In this document: positions 27,628 to 42,499 of the stretch, in pieces | Numbering within the stretch: the stretch's first letter is position 1 | Layout: every line of letters starts with the position of its first letter | DNA from: Chrysomallon squamiferum | Taxonomy: Eukaryota; Animalia; Mollusca | NCBI GenBank assembly: GCA_012295275.1 | Contig: CM022678.1 | Location: forward strand, 10,602,001 to 10,666,000 | Direction: 5' to 3' | DNA: 64,000 nt | Notes under the pieces: generated by a model | What the model was told of the DNA's origin: nothing | Seen by the model: only the letters and a program-made list of their open reading frames with translations | Database searches by the model: none | Program-made: the position numbers and the translations under genes

Positions 27628-29650
27628 CACAAACACACACACACACACACAAAGACACATACGTACACATCCACACACACACACACACACAACATAAATA
27701 CCTTACTTGAGGTCTACAGAGACGTGTTTTAAATCAGGGTGTTAGCTATCATGTTTCGTCTTTATTTAGTGTGCATGTTCACGTTAGTTTGAGTAGGGAA
27801 CAGTTCACAATATTCACGTAACAGGGGCACATGGGCGGAACTGCGATCTGAAGTATTTTTTATTTACTTAAATTTTTAGTTTATTCTTCGTCTGATTAGT
27901 GATATTATTGTTGTTATTGTTGCTGCTGTTGCTGTTGTTGTTGGATCAGTTTATTTATTTTACAGCAATAACAATAATAGCATGAATATGAACATTAACT
28001 GTAATAATTTTACCTACATACATAAACAACCTCATATACAAACACACACATATGTATACACACAGATTATTCTCATTGTGCAGTCTAAACGTAACAAAAC
28101 ACAATACTGATTCTTATATAAATACATATACACAAGTATATCTACAGCAACATTAACACAAAAATATGTTTATACACAGATAGATGCGGGGGCGCTCGCG
28201 CACACATACGCACACACGCACATGTGTATTAAACTTCTGTTTTAATGTTTTCTTTTCTTCTTCTTCGTCTTATTGCTGTTGTTGTTATTATTATTATTAT
28301 TACTACTACTACTACTACAACGATTACTACTATTACTACTACAGCTACTGCTACTACTATTATTATTAATGGCATTGTTCATATAGACAGCAATACAGAT
28401 ATCATGTAGGACAAAACAGATGAAAAAAAACAACAACAAAAAAACATAAAAAATACACAAAAAAAATAAAAACCAATGTATTCCTAGATAGATACACAGA
28501 GAAACAAACAAAATACAAAGTTTATAGATATACAGACAGAAGAAAATATACAAAACATGCACAAAGTTTACTTATATAGATACAAACACGGTGATACGAA
28601 TACAGAAGAAAACAAACAAAACATGCAGAAAGTTTACTTATATAGATACAAACAGACACAAACATAGAATGAACATATAAAACACACACAATGTTTACTT
28701 AAATAGATAAAAATAGTATTACACATATAACAGAGAGAATGATAAATACACATACAATATACTGATATAGATATACACACTACCAAAACACATATTATGT
28801 AGGAAAACATATAAAACACGCACAAAGATTGCTCACATTATATAAACACAACGATACACATAAAGTAGATAACAGACAAAACACGCACGAAGTATACTTA
28901 TTTTGATGCACACAGAGTGATACACATAATGTAGATAATGTAGATAAAACTCGTACAAAATATACTTACACAGATTCACACACTTAAGACTAAATGTTAA
29001 CACTAAATACCGCGTCATTCACATTGATGAAATATTTCGTCAATGAACTTACACAATGTGCTAAGACTGATTTGGCGCTAACAAAATATATCTTTGTTTC
29101 TTACATCTTTAATGTACAGTGAAACACTTTAATACTTTGAGAAAAAGCAACTCTGTCAAAAAACGTAACACATTTGATATCACCATTTGATTAGTTCTTA
29201 AAGGTCCATGAGTGTAAGCGAGTATGTTAGTGAGCGCGCGCGTTGTGTTTTTGTGTGTGAGCGATGTATAATTTGTATATCCATCATTGTATGTGTTTAT
29301 GTATGTACACACCTCTCTCATGTGTATGCGAGTATGTGTGTCTCAATGTATATATGTATATATGTATGTATTTGCTTATGAGTATATATATATATATATA
29401 TATATCTGAAGCATTATTAGTAACATAACCACCAATATTGCATCTTCGAGCTTCTACTACGATAACGATCACCCCAATAACATTATGACTACCACAACGA
29501 CTGTTGTTTCCAATACCCTCCATACTAGTTCCACCACAACTACCGCTACTGTAACCACCATTACTATTACAGCCACTAATACTATTACTACAACTACTAC
29601 TACTACTTGTACCAATATTACGAATGCTATTTTTGCTGTTTATTACCAAA

Positions 29651-29725
<75 letters not shown>

Positions 29726-30132
29726 TACGACTTCTGTGACGACTGCACATAACACTAATAAGAAAAACAATGCAGCAAAATGACAGAGAGGGAAACGTTT
29801 TGTTTCTAAAATTATTTACCAGTGTAACCCATGCTAAACACTCAGAAAATAAAATACGAATATGTTTTATCCGTTCTATTTTTTTAGCTAATACTTTTTA
29901 CAGTGTGTAATTATTTTTATTTTTATTAGTAGTATTAGTATTAGTATTAGTGACAATGTAAAATATTTTACAGCTGACATGTAAACTTTTGTAATCCACT
30001 AAATGATTTGTTTCAACTTGTTAATCACAGAGAACTCCCTCGTTAGACATCTACCAGTAGCTGAAATACCTGACGGGTGGTAATGCATTACTTTGAATTT
30101 ACAGGTGGAAACTTTTTAAGTCCATGTCCTAG

Positions 30133-30865
<733 letters not shown>

Positions 30866-31889
30866 TTACTCTGTTTTAGAGAGAATGATTATCTGTGATA
30901 GAAAAATGTGGGTGCAAAAGAAACTACTACCTCGTTACTTCTGTCTTCAGACACACACACAGACACACACACATACACAGGCACAGTGCTAGTATTTAAT
31001 AGTACCCAGTTTAATAACCTATCTAGAAAATATTAAATACAATTATACAATCAAATACAAATATGCAGTAGCTGACTGAATTATCTTAAATACTTTAATT
31101 ACTTACCTGTCGAGATATAATATTAAGTACTATGTTTTTAGCTTTGATTTAATTATCTATTTGTTATTATTACTGTTGTTGTTGTTTTCTTGCTACTAAA
31201 CGATATATTATTTATGACAGAACAACACCACCACCACCAACCATAATAATAATAATAACAACAACAACAACAACACAACACACATTAAGGAGAACAACAA
31301 CAATAACAATAATAATGATAATGATGATGGTGATGATGATAACGAGATGAAACAGCTGCCACATAACAATATTAGCAGCAACGATAACGCCGGTATCAGT
31401 GAGACAGTCAAACAATAAATTACTGAAATATATATAAAAATAATCATGACTGTTGCACTGAGTATTTTCTCAATAAACACAGCTGATACGTATTATTTCT
31501 GTTCAGGTGAAACTTCTCGAACGTACAAAACAAAGGACCGTAACTCAGAATACTTCTTTTATATGAAAACTGAGCATGCAGTGGTCCATGTTGAATACAA
31601 ATATAATTACACTTATCTGCGGAAGACTCGACAAAATATAATGTTTAGTTAATTTTGAACTTGTGTTATATGTATGTGTGTGTGTGTATGTTTGTGAAAA
31701 ATGTATATGTGTGTTTGTATTATGTTTGTATGTATGTGTGTATGTCGGTATGCATGTGTATATTCTGTGTGTTTGTATTATGTGTCTATGTATATATGTA
31801 TGTATGTATGTATGTATATATGTATATGTATCTTCTGTGTGTTTGTATTATGTGCGTATTTGTGTATTAAGTGTGTATGTATTTTTGTA

Positions 31890-31936
<47 letters not shown>

Positions 31937-33536
31937 TCCTTACAGTGTATGTAGTCCTTATAAAAGTTTTATAAATGGTAAAGGAACAAACTTACTTGAT
32001 ACAGTAAACTTACTCTATATATATATATATATATATATAAAATAAGTTTTTTTTTAACGGTTACATTCTATTTTCAGGGATTTCTTTTTGTGGGTTGTTT
32101 GAGAGATTTAAACCTTTCTGATAATCCTCTGACGAATTTACTCTAAATGTATACATAGATTATTCTATTTATTTTTTCTGATTGTTCTGCTCTTTATACG
32201 CTTTGGGTCAATGATTATAACTAAATGTCTGAAGGAAGTAATAATTACACTGGATTGAAAATTTTGCCGGCGGAAAAGGTAACTAACTGCAGACGAATAC
32301 TCATTGAACATTCACGTAGTGACAGTTATAATAAACGAAATAAGTTTTGTACTAAAGAGAAATGTAATTTATTGTTATCATCATCATCATCATTTTCATT
32401 ATTATTATAATTATTATTATTTATTTAATTTTTATTATTATTATTGTTGTTGTTGTTGTTGTTGTTAATTAATGAATTTTAGACCTTGAGCCTCTAATTG
32501 AACACGGTAGGGAAAGGCAATTGTTGATTCTTTGTAAAACATAAGACTAAATGTTAATACTAAATCTTTTTGTATGAATTTAAACAATGTGCTAAGATTG
32601 ATTTAGGCGCTAACAAAATATAACTTTGTTTCTTGCATCTTCTTTGGACAGTGAAACATTTTAAAACTTTGAGAAAATGTATCACTGCCCAATTACGTAA
32701 TACATTTTATATCTTCACTTGATTACTTTTTATCTGTTGTTATTTTATTTTATTTTATTTAGTAAGCTATTTATTTTTGGATTAAATGAATAAACTGAAG
32801 TAGTTCATTCCAAAAACCAGTGATGAAGAGAGGGAGACAAGTAGCTTAACGAATTTAAGATTTTATTATATTTCGGTTAATAAAAATAAAATATTAACAC
32901 TGGGATACGTAACTAACACTTTCCTCGATGACCTTGAAGAGAATCTATTCGTTTTTCTTCTTCTTTTCTTATTATTATTCTTTATGTGTGTATGCGTGTT
33001 TGTGTTTCTGCGCATGTGATAGTGAATGCTACATGCACGCATGTGAATCTGCATGTTAATGTTTTCACTGCAGATAGAACAAACTCAGTACAATTCAACA
33101 CGACTGACAAGATTATCAAGTAGCAGACGTGAAAACGTTTCTCATTTAAAAAATGTCGGGGAAAAGTGAAAAATATTAATTTTGAATACGTTTTCATATT
33201 CAATACGTCGCACGTGCGTTACAAAGAACACGTGCACGGCAGGCGGGTGTATGGGGGGCGTCATTCTGGACTTTGACTTTTTTCAGGAATGTGTTTAATC
33301 ACTATGTAAAATTATTTTTGTAAATTTTCTTTCCTTTTCTTTCTTTATTTTTTGTCTTCATTGTTTTGATGATACAGTTTTTATAATTTTGTTTCTAGTC
33401 ATTCGTTCCGATCGTTCGTTTAATTAACTATTTTCGTAACATCTATTGCCATTCCCCATAGTTAACTTACATTACAATTTTGGCAATTGTAAAATCATTA
33501 TAAGAGTTCCTACTTTGTTTTGAACAGTATACATAA

Positions 33537-33788
33537 TAACGGTTCATTCTTAATCACTACATTTCTTTAGTAAATCGTGAATCCGCCAACAAGAACGCTT
33601 TGACTAAAACATCAAATGAAAACTGAGAGGAAGGCGGAGCTATTTCTTACATTAAATCTTATCAGCAGGTGAACGCGTGTTTTTTTTTTTTTTTTTTTTT
33701 TTTAAACGCTCGCGCCTCGTATTGGAAGACTGACGTCAAATGATAAAATGTGCTGAGAGATCTCAGTTAGCGCGCGAAACAGCTGAAG
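33537..33788 (+). promoter_or_regulatory. CpG-rich promoter-like region
   Basis: MYB-like taacgg (33537), GC-box-like ggcggag (33633), ctcgcgcc (33709), inverted CCAAT attgg (33721) and a perfect CRE TGACGTCA (33731-33738), directly upstream of a recognisable first coding exon. Confidence 0.55.
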
Positions 33789-33888
33789 ATGGACGAATCG
33801 GCTCCACGGGGAGTAGCGGGGGCTGTGAACGAAGCTGCACTTACGACTCTAATGAAGAGGACGAAATATTCGATGATCCAACACAAAG
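33789..33888 (+). pseudogene. Isolated first coding exon of an RBM46/RBM47/A1CF-family RNA-binding protein gene; RRM exons not found in the window
   Basis: Translates MDESAPRGVAGAVNEAALTTLMKRTKYSMIQHK(G), matching the family pre-RRM motif GA.[21 protein letters not shown]. Donor aag|gtgtgg; read-through into the intron stops after 5 codons. Confidence 0.7.
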
Positions 33889-34272
33889 GTGTGGAGTCTG
33901 TCTGATCAGCAAGTTATACAATGACTAACAATATGTAATTATATACAAAACATACATTCATCTTATCCTACAATCTAATTTCTCTTCTTATTACTAATAT
34001 ACATTATATATATAGATATAATCATGTCAAGAGCTTATTAATGCTTTCGCCACTAAGTTATGAAATTTTATATATATGGACATAATATAGATATAATATT
34101 AAAAATAACAAAAACATTTCATAAAAAAATATATATTTTTTTTATTTAAATCATTAATTACTGAACATTCCTGAATAATTTTACAGCCATGTTAATTGCA
34201 AGTTGAAATTATGAAATCTTCAGAAATGCTTTGAGCAATACAGATAGGTCCATCTTTTCACCAAAAATAACT

Positions 34273-34335
<63 letters not shown>

Positions 34336-35273
34336 ACTTTTGTTTCCGTGAGCAACCGACCTTGAGGTACATTTGTGTCACAATGGTTAAGGGTCTCAGT
34401 TTGAGGTCTGTGATAAGGTAAAGTCAAGATGATTTTTTAACTCCCCATTCTGATGACTTCCCTCCCTTTAACATCTAGCACCAGAGCAATTTTTCAATTT
34501 TAAATATATTTTAAAAATTATTGATTTTTAAAAAAAAGTTTTGGAGTTACTGTCAAGACACAAAATGTGGTTCCTTACAAAGAAAAAAAAAGAAAAAGAA
34601 ATAGTATTGCTGAACAAGCACACATGTCTGATTTGCAACAATATTTTCTTTGTATTATTAAAAATACGGTTTTGATTGCTTTAAATATATATATTTAGTC
34701 TTGTCAGTCAATGTTTGTTAACCTGAATAATAGTAAATATTAGTTGTATAAAACACTGTTCTTTTTTTAAATTACTATTATTACTGTTGTTGTTGTTGTT
34801 GTAGTTATTTAGAGAGTTACTGATAGATCATCACTAAACATCAGCATGTTTCCATGTTGAAAGAAAAGAGAAAGTGGCTGAAACTTGTTTCCAGAATGCA
34901 AGACAGAGAGTTCAGGTTTATGGAGGAGAATCAGAATCTTCACTCAAATGTTGATGATCATGTTTATGAGGAGATTTCTGATCTACATTGTCAGCGTCAT
35001 GAGGAATTAGGTTATAACTTGCCAGAACATGTTTCACTGAAACACAAACACAGCAGAACATTCAGTAATTATTTAAATAAAAATATATTTTTATGAAATG
35101 TTTTTGTTATTTTGATATATATATATATATAACGAACTTCAGATGGGTATCCGTTTTATTAAACGTAACGTGATATTTTACTTTGCTAATTCTAAATCGT
35201 ATAATAGAAATGTGTAATTTTACTGAATTTAAATATTATATACAACAGAAAATACTGATAACCACAGTTAATC

Positions 35274-35336
35274 TAACGCCATGTAGAATTATCAGTGATA
35301 TACATGGCGTATAAATGATAATTCTACATGGCGTTA
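35274..35336. repeat. Perfect 21-bp inverted repeat with 21-nt spacer
   Basis: taacgccatgtagaattatca ... tgataattctacatggcgtta. Confidence 0.92.
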
Positions 35337-36055
35337 TGAAAATAAGCCGCTTAATTACTTATAAAAAGAAAATGATGAGAATTAATTATGATCTATGATA
35401 TTTACAGTTTGAAGGTTACGTATGTTGAGAAATGTTTATCTTTTATTTTATTAATATCGTATATTTATATCAGATTATAATCTGTAATAATCTATAATAA
35501 TCTGTTTAACGTTACATTCATTAAAAGGTGTACATCAGCGCAAGTTCTATAGTGTAATATACTTTACACGTCTTATTATACCTGATGTTCTCTTATTACA
35601 TTAGATAATAATATAACCGCTTCACCAGTAATAATCTATATAACAATGAAGCAGACACCGTAGTCGTCAAAGTCACCCCGTTGTCAACAGCTAACAACTA
35701 GAACAACACCCTAATATTTTTATTTTTTATTTTGTTTTTATTTTTCTGAAAAACAGAAGCTTCCTACATATGTCTGACGCTATTCTTAGTTTCATTAGAA
35801 CTGTTCTGAGTGTCTTCTAACATTCTAAGGCTATTGTGAGAAAATAGCTAAAATGCGCTTAAACATTATTTTTACAATAGAATAATATCAGCCACAACAT
35901 TTATTGTTTCCAAAGATAAAAACATACAAACACAGACAAATATATATTATCTCTTCTGCATCAGCTGTCATATTCACATCCCGCTCTGGCTCAATAAAAG
36001 GACAGCAAGTAAATGGAAGGGGAGAAGTGATCACTGGATAAACATTCTCACTTAC

Positions 36056-36317
36056 AGTTTACAAAACTGGTTCTCATTATCGGGGAGATGTTTAGGAGGA
36101 TTTAATGCTGTTTTGCGGCTACGTTCTGTGTCGTCTGGAAGATCATCAGACAATGTCACAGTAGATGTTACATGTGGTAGTTCAGTAGTAACTATATCTT
36201 TTGAATCCAATAGCTGAGGACATTTTTCTGATAAGCAATGTGGTAGTTCAGTAGTAACTATATCTTTTGAATCCAATAGCTGAGGACATTTTTCTGATAA
36301 GCAATTAGTCACATCAT
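36056..36317 (-). other. Isolated open exon-like segment with an in-frame 66-bp duplication; parent gene unknown
   Basis: ttctgtcag| acceptor and |gtaagt donor. Open frame DDVTN(CLSEKCPQLLDSKDIVTTELPH)x2VTSTVTLSDDLPDD...; duplication at 36172-36303. Confidence 0.5.
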
Positions 36318-36392
36318 CTGACAGAAATATTTAAACAGTATTAAAATAACAATTTATATTACAAACAAATTTCTTAATATGAGAGATAATAT

Positions 36393-36460
36393 GCAGGACT
36401 CGAAATGGCCAGTCGCCAGGTCACCAAATGCGACCAAAGTTCGATTTAGGCGACTGGGAT
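36393..36460 (+). mobile_element. Possible hAT-type terminus remnant
   Basis: caggactcgaaatggccagtcgccagg...gcgac resembles recalled CAGGGCTCGAAAT hAT ends; partner end not found. Confidence 0.3.
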
Positions 36461-36991
36461 GTTAGAAATATTATGATTAGTAGCCGGACATTTTTTTATT
36501 TGGATGACCTGTTTTTTCTATAATTTATAACACAAGACAATAGTTTTATAATAATTTTATCTCAGCTATTTGTTTCACATAAAACGATTGCCTATAGTTC
36601 CATAAGTTGGATGTATCGGCTTGTCTTATTTGCCAACATACATTTATAAACACTACGTTTAAAGGATTATCGGTTGGTTAACGGAACACTGTAACTAATT
36701 GTTTGCTATTGTTCTTCCATTTCAATTCTACCTTTAATTGGCTAAAGTGAAGCCAACGAACAAATTTAGCGAACTTTTAGAGCGTTACATAAACAATTAT
36801 CAAATAAAATAAACAAAGAAATAAAGAAATAAAGAAAAAATACTAAAAGAAAAGTTGAACGGCTGCATATTTTATAGAGGAAAGTCACTGATTTTCTTAT
36901 TTTTGTTACGCTAAACTTCACTCACTGTCATTTCACGTTGCTTTCCTTTAATTTTATGTCTTTTGAAAAATCCAAGCCTATAATACTATAA

Positions 36992-37040
<49 letters not shown>

Positions 37041-38849
37041 CATTTTTGTGGCTATTTTAATTAAAAAAGAATTTTCATATTTCATTTTAGATGTTGACAA
37101 ATTAAGGTAAGCCGATAGTTTCAATTTATGGAACTATGAACAAACCTTTTATGTGAAATAAATATTTGCTATAAAATTATTAATAGTGGCTCTTGTTTTA
37201 TAACTTACAGAAAAAGTAAGTTCTTCTAGATTAATATTATTTATTCATGTTAGAGACTGTTGTAGAATTATATTTAGAAATCAGAATATTTTAAGTGTTA
37301 AATCGATTGTAATATATTTTATCTGGATGAACAAGACTCATTAAAATGATTTTTTAAAAAAAAAAAAAAAAATAATAATAATGTTATCTGAATTAGGACA
37401 ATTATTTCAAATAATTTACCATTGTATAAGTATTATAAGAATTCGGATTTTTGTTTGTTTTGCTGCTGAAAAAGATATGATACTTCTGGGAGTTCTTCAA
37501 AGCACTCCAATGAACAAAGCAGAGAGAACTTGTATGGTTTTTTTTTCATTAGTATTTTTTCCTATTTAAGCAGCAGTTAATTTGTAATTTCTCGTTCATT
37601 TTTATAGAGAAATTTGAATGTATGTGTGTGTGGGGGGTTGCTGGTGTTTGCTTATATCTTTTATTGCTTTTTTACAGCATTAGTCAGAACAAACTCACAG
37701 CACTGCAGACTGAATGGGTTAACTCCGAGACAGAAAAGAAATCTGGCAGAAGAAAATTAATTCACATGCTTTACATGTGAAGTCAGAGAAAGGATAGTTC
37801 AGTTTCTGCAGCATTTTCTCAAGATTATGACTAATTTTGCTTAGGTGAGTCCCAGGATTCAAAGGGAGTGATTTGAAACTCTTTCTGCATGTGAGACTAA
37901 ATCTTCACTTTGGAGTATCAACAGACTGCTATTGCACAGGGTAAGAATTCATTTGAATAATGTGCAGTTAATCTATTAATTAAATAATTTGTATAATTAT
38001 TTTGTATAGTGTATTTGCTTTTTATTTTGTTTGTTACTGTGAATGCTATTTATTTATTTTTTTAACCTATGTGTCTGTGCTATTTTATGTTTTTGAATTT
38101 ATTTAGTCAAACATTTGTGTCTATTTATTTGTTTGAATTCAAGTTTGGCTCTCAGTTTTTCAATGTTTCTATCAAGATGTTTTTAAGTGTAAATTTTTTA
38201 ATTCATTGAATGTCTTCTGAAAGTTTCCAGTCTGTTGATATCTTTCCTGTTTACCAAGTTACATTAAAAAGACCAAGTATTATTACTAATGTTTTTGACC
38301 GTTTTGCATTTTTCAAGTATAGATTGATTTTTGTTAGATTTTTTATTTTTTATTTTTTTATGTTGTCTTCTATATTTTTAAAGAATCTAGTCAGAGAATT
38401 AAAGGTGGATTGTAGATTAGAATTTTTACTGTTATTTCTTGTTTTTAATATTTTATTGATTATTATTACTAATGTAAAAAACTGACAAAACTGTTAAAAC
38501 AGCTAATAATTTTCGTCTGTTTTGCAAGATAATATTTATCTAATTTACTTAAAATGTACTTAGCATGTTATGCAGAATCAACTTTTGATAAAAGTCAAGT
38601 ACTTTCTGCTTTTCTATTTCCTTCAATTCTAATTTATTATTATGAATCTGTATACTCAAAATCCCCAGAAAATCCCAATTAAAAAACAAACAAAAAATGA
38701 AAGAACTTAATTAAAATGTTTTTGTAATATCATATAGATTTTAAAACTTAAAACAAAACTTGGTAATTAATAAAATATTACTACCATTACCTAAAAAATT
38801 CCATAATTTATAATTATTAAAATATGTAAACAATTAATCATTTCTGTTG

Positions 38850-38951
38850 TGTTGTGTTTCTACATTTCTGTTCAAGTTGTGTTGTTTCTACATTTCTGTT
38901 CAAGTTGTGTTGTTTCTACATTTCTGTTCAAGTTGTGTTGTTTCTACATTT
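38850..38951. repeat. 28-bp minisatellite, about 3.5 copies
   Basis: tgtgttgtttctacatttctgttcaagt repeated. Confidence 0.9.
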
Positions 38952-41900
38952 AATCTTTTACATGAAGGATGAATGATGAAGATGGAGGCTGTAAATTAAT
39001 GAGGAGATACAGAGTGAATTAATGAATGAATTAATAAATATTCTGTTTAATTACACTTCATGGTTATTAGTTGTCAAACATGATTTTTATTATTATTATT
39101 TTTTATTATTATTATGTTTTCACAATGTTGTTAAAAATGAATTATGACAACAGTGAAAATAAAGTTAGCTGGTACAACCAGGGTTTGTTTTGTTTCTTTT
39201 TTGTAGTTTTTAATAATTTTTGATTTCTTACTCACTGATTTTCAATGTTAAATAAACATTATCTTATGTATTGAATAAAAAATTATTAACAAGTATAAAA
39301 TAATATTATTAGTGTTTACAAATTTATAATGCTCAGTTTGGGTTATTGTACCAAAGCTATATAAATAAAAATATCCCTCTAATTTAATAAAAGCTTGCTA
39401 AAAATATACATATAATGAAAAACAAAAAACAGAATAATTTGAAATACTTATTTCAACAAGAAAACAAAGTTTAACATCAAAATTACTTTTTCAAATGAAA
39501 AATAAAAGTTTAGAAAAACTTTGCCAAAATCCTTAAATAAAAACTTAGAAAAGCATGATATAAAATGTTTCTAAGTTTCAAATTAAAAATTGTTTAAAAT
39601 ATTTCATGGCATTTTAAAGAGTTGAGAGTTTTATAAAACATAAAAATACCAAGATTTCTAGTGATCAATAAAAATATATTGATAAAAAAAGAATACCAAG
39701 ACATTTGTTTACAAAAATTATAAAACTTAATAAATAACTTGACATATAAAGAAGCCTGCAAATTAGTGATTAAAAACATTTCCCATTTCTGATTTTATCT
39801 TCCAAACAACAAATACATGGCAAATATAGGTTTACACAACTGATTCCATTTTATGTTTTAACAAAGTTTTATAGGGTAAATCTTTAACAGAATTCTTGGT
39901 ATTTTTTTAGTTTAAGTTTTGATTAGATTATCAAGTATATTATTCTTTCAAAAAAAATTATTTAAAAATAAAAAATTAAATTTAAAAAAAGAAATCATCT
40001 CCCTTAAACCGAACATTTTTTAATATGAAGTGTGTACTTTTGTTTTAAGTCAGTAATCAAGGATTTCTGACATTAAATCATTTAAAAAAAAAAAGTAACT
40101 TCTTTTTTCACAGATTTGTCTGTACTTGGTGCTGTGTCTGGTCCAAACATTCTGTATACTGAATATATCTGATTACATCTTTCATGAACAACACTGTAAC
40201 TTTGAATCTAAATTCAGTATCACAATACTATAAATTCTTCAATAAGAACAGTCCATGATCCACACAAGTAATGTTTTGAAAATGTTATTTTATCCAGTTA
40301 TTCGGTTCTTTATATTTACAGTGAAGATGTTTTATCTTCTGTTTACTTAGTTCAGTACAGTCAGAAAACCTGAAGAACTTGGAGGCAAACTTTACAAGTC
40401 ATTTAGATTCAGTGGATAACAATACTTGTAAATAGCTTTCTGTGGTGACTGAAATATAAAATATTACATTGAAACATTTTAACAAGACACATTATAATTT
40501 TATATTTTATCATTTGAATCTGAAGTAATGTTTTCAACCAATAATAAGTACAGTTAATTTAACTGAAATAAAATAAAGTTTAATTATATTTATTTAAACA
40601 GTTCTTTTTGGACCTCTATTTTTCATTGTCTGGGGAAATGTGTGTTTAATACAAATTTGAAAAAATCAACTCAGATACTTGATTAATGTTTAAAAAATAT
40701 GTATATATTTTCTTTCTTAAAGCAGTAACATCCATTTTACTTTTAATTAAGTAAATAAATTAATATATTTTATAAAAATTGACAACAAGTAAGATCAATA
40801 ATCTTTATCTGTTAATTTTTGAAAATACATTTTTTGAAGTACAGTCCTTTTCTCCCAACTGCTGTATCAAAGTCACGGTTTGTCTTTTTCTTTGCATCTA
40901 CAGATATCATTATTTAAAAAAAGAAAATTATGTATAATAATAATAATATTAAAATATTTTCATACGGCATTAAATGATTTATATTTTACAGTTTATAAAA
41001 TCTAGTTGTAAACTGAATTACCTGTCCATTATACTTAGCATCTGTTTTTCTGGGCAGCAAAGGCTTGTTTATCCTGTAAAAGTGTAAACAAAACTTATCA
41101 CTAATAACCCTAATAAATAAAATTGATTTACTAAAAACAAATATAACATTGGAAAGGATAGCAAATTATTATTTAAAAGTTACCTAATTAGTCAGAATAA
41201 ATACATTTTACACAATTTAAATATACCATTATTAAGATATCTTATGAAAATGATCTGATTGTCTGTCATTTTGTAAAAAATTCAGAAGTTTATAATTTTT
41301 AGTGTTCATAACCAGCAACAAAAATGCCAAGCTGCGAGTTTCTTCAGTTTAGTGGTAAACTTGACAAACACTGTAATTAACAAGACTGTTCACCATAAAT
41401 AAACAAAATAATATTTTGAATGGACAGAAAAGGAATTTACTTTATTTATCATGGACACTTTTTTCTTGGATTTTAATAATAAAGAGTTCTCTATTTTTTT
41501 TTAATTTCCAAAACATAGGATGTTGTATATAAGATTTTTGTTAATAATAACTTTTCTGTTTTACTTTTTTTTCTTCTGTACTATTAGTTTAATGATATCT
41601 TTGACACCTATAAAAACAGCAGTTTCAAACCTTTGGTCTGTAGAGAACATTCTGACAATGTGAGAATTCTGTCACATGAACTGACATGATCAACATCGTG
41701 GACAACATGGACTGCAGTGGAAGTTCAGTCATCTGTAAATATAACATAGAAGTATACAAGTTTATTAAAATTTATAATATACATATACATGATTAACAGT
41801 TTGCTAATAAACTAATCCCAGAGGTCAGTCTATCCTTGAAACATTACACTGTTTCCCATTCCACACTGAGCTCCATTAATAATTTATCAAAATAACAGAA

Positions 41901-42499
41901 TTTGTTTTAAGATGAATGAAAAAAACATATTTAAAAGATTTGTCAAAAATAACTAACAAAAACAGTGGTGGAAACACATTTTAGTTTACATTCTTACAAT
42001 GGTTATAAGACAGACACTATGCATATATATAAATAAATCTATACTTTAATAGGAGTTCCTGACTTATTCAGTTAAACAGTGAATATATTTTATGTATCTG
42101 TGATGTTCATTGTAACAACAAACTTGATTTAATCTCACAAGAAATCATTTCCTCAACTGACAGCATTTTGTATTGTGACAGGAAACCACCATTAATTTCT
42201 ACAGATTTTGGAATAATTTTTTAAAGAAACAAACAGTTTTATAACTTGTTAAATTCTAAATGAAAATTAGGATTGAATCTAGAAAATATAACAGATTTAG
42301 ATAATTAAACATTCAACACATTCTGCAAATATTTGTTTTTCAGGACAAAATGATATTTTCTAAGTCAGTGGAAGACAGTATTTATTAATTATAATTGTAT
42401 TTATGTTTGTAGAGAGGAAGGAATGTGATGATATTTCTTCTAGCTGTCTCTTGAACTTTTTAATGTTACTAACAAAATAAATACTAGAAAACATAAAGT

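Noticed and set aside
29485-29739. Thr-rich mucin-like ORF
   Set aside because: Degenerate (ACT/ACC)n microsatellite without splice signals or other gene context.
29839-29905. cactcagaaaa...tttttacagtg as a mini EnSpm element or partner end of 14218
   Set aside because: Imperfect short ends, no target-site duplication, and separated from 14218 by a gap and an intact host gene.
30095-30125. 18-bp identity (aatttacaggtggaaact) with the minus-strand acceptor at 51737
   Set aside because: Similarity fades quickly on both sides, so it is too short to call a paralogous exon.
33740-33928. 62-aa ORF MIKCAERSQ... from the track
   Set aside because: The overlapping frame starting at 33789 carries the recognisable RBM46/47-family motif; this frame has no recognisable similarity.
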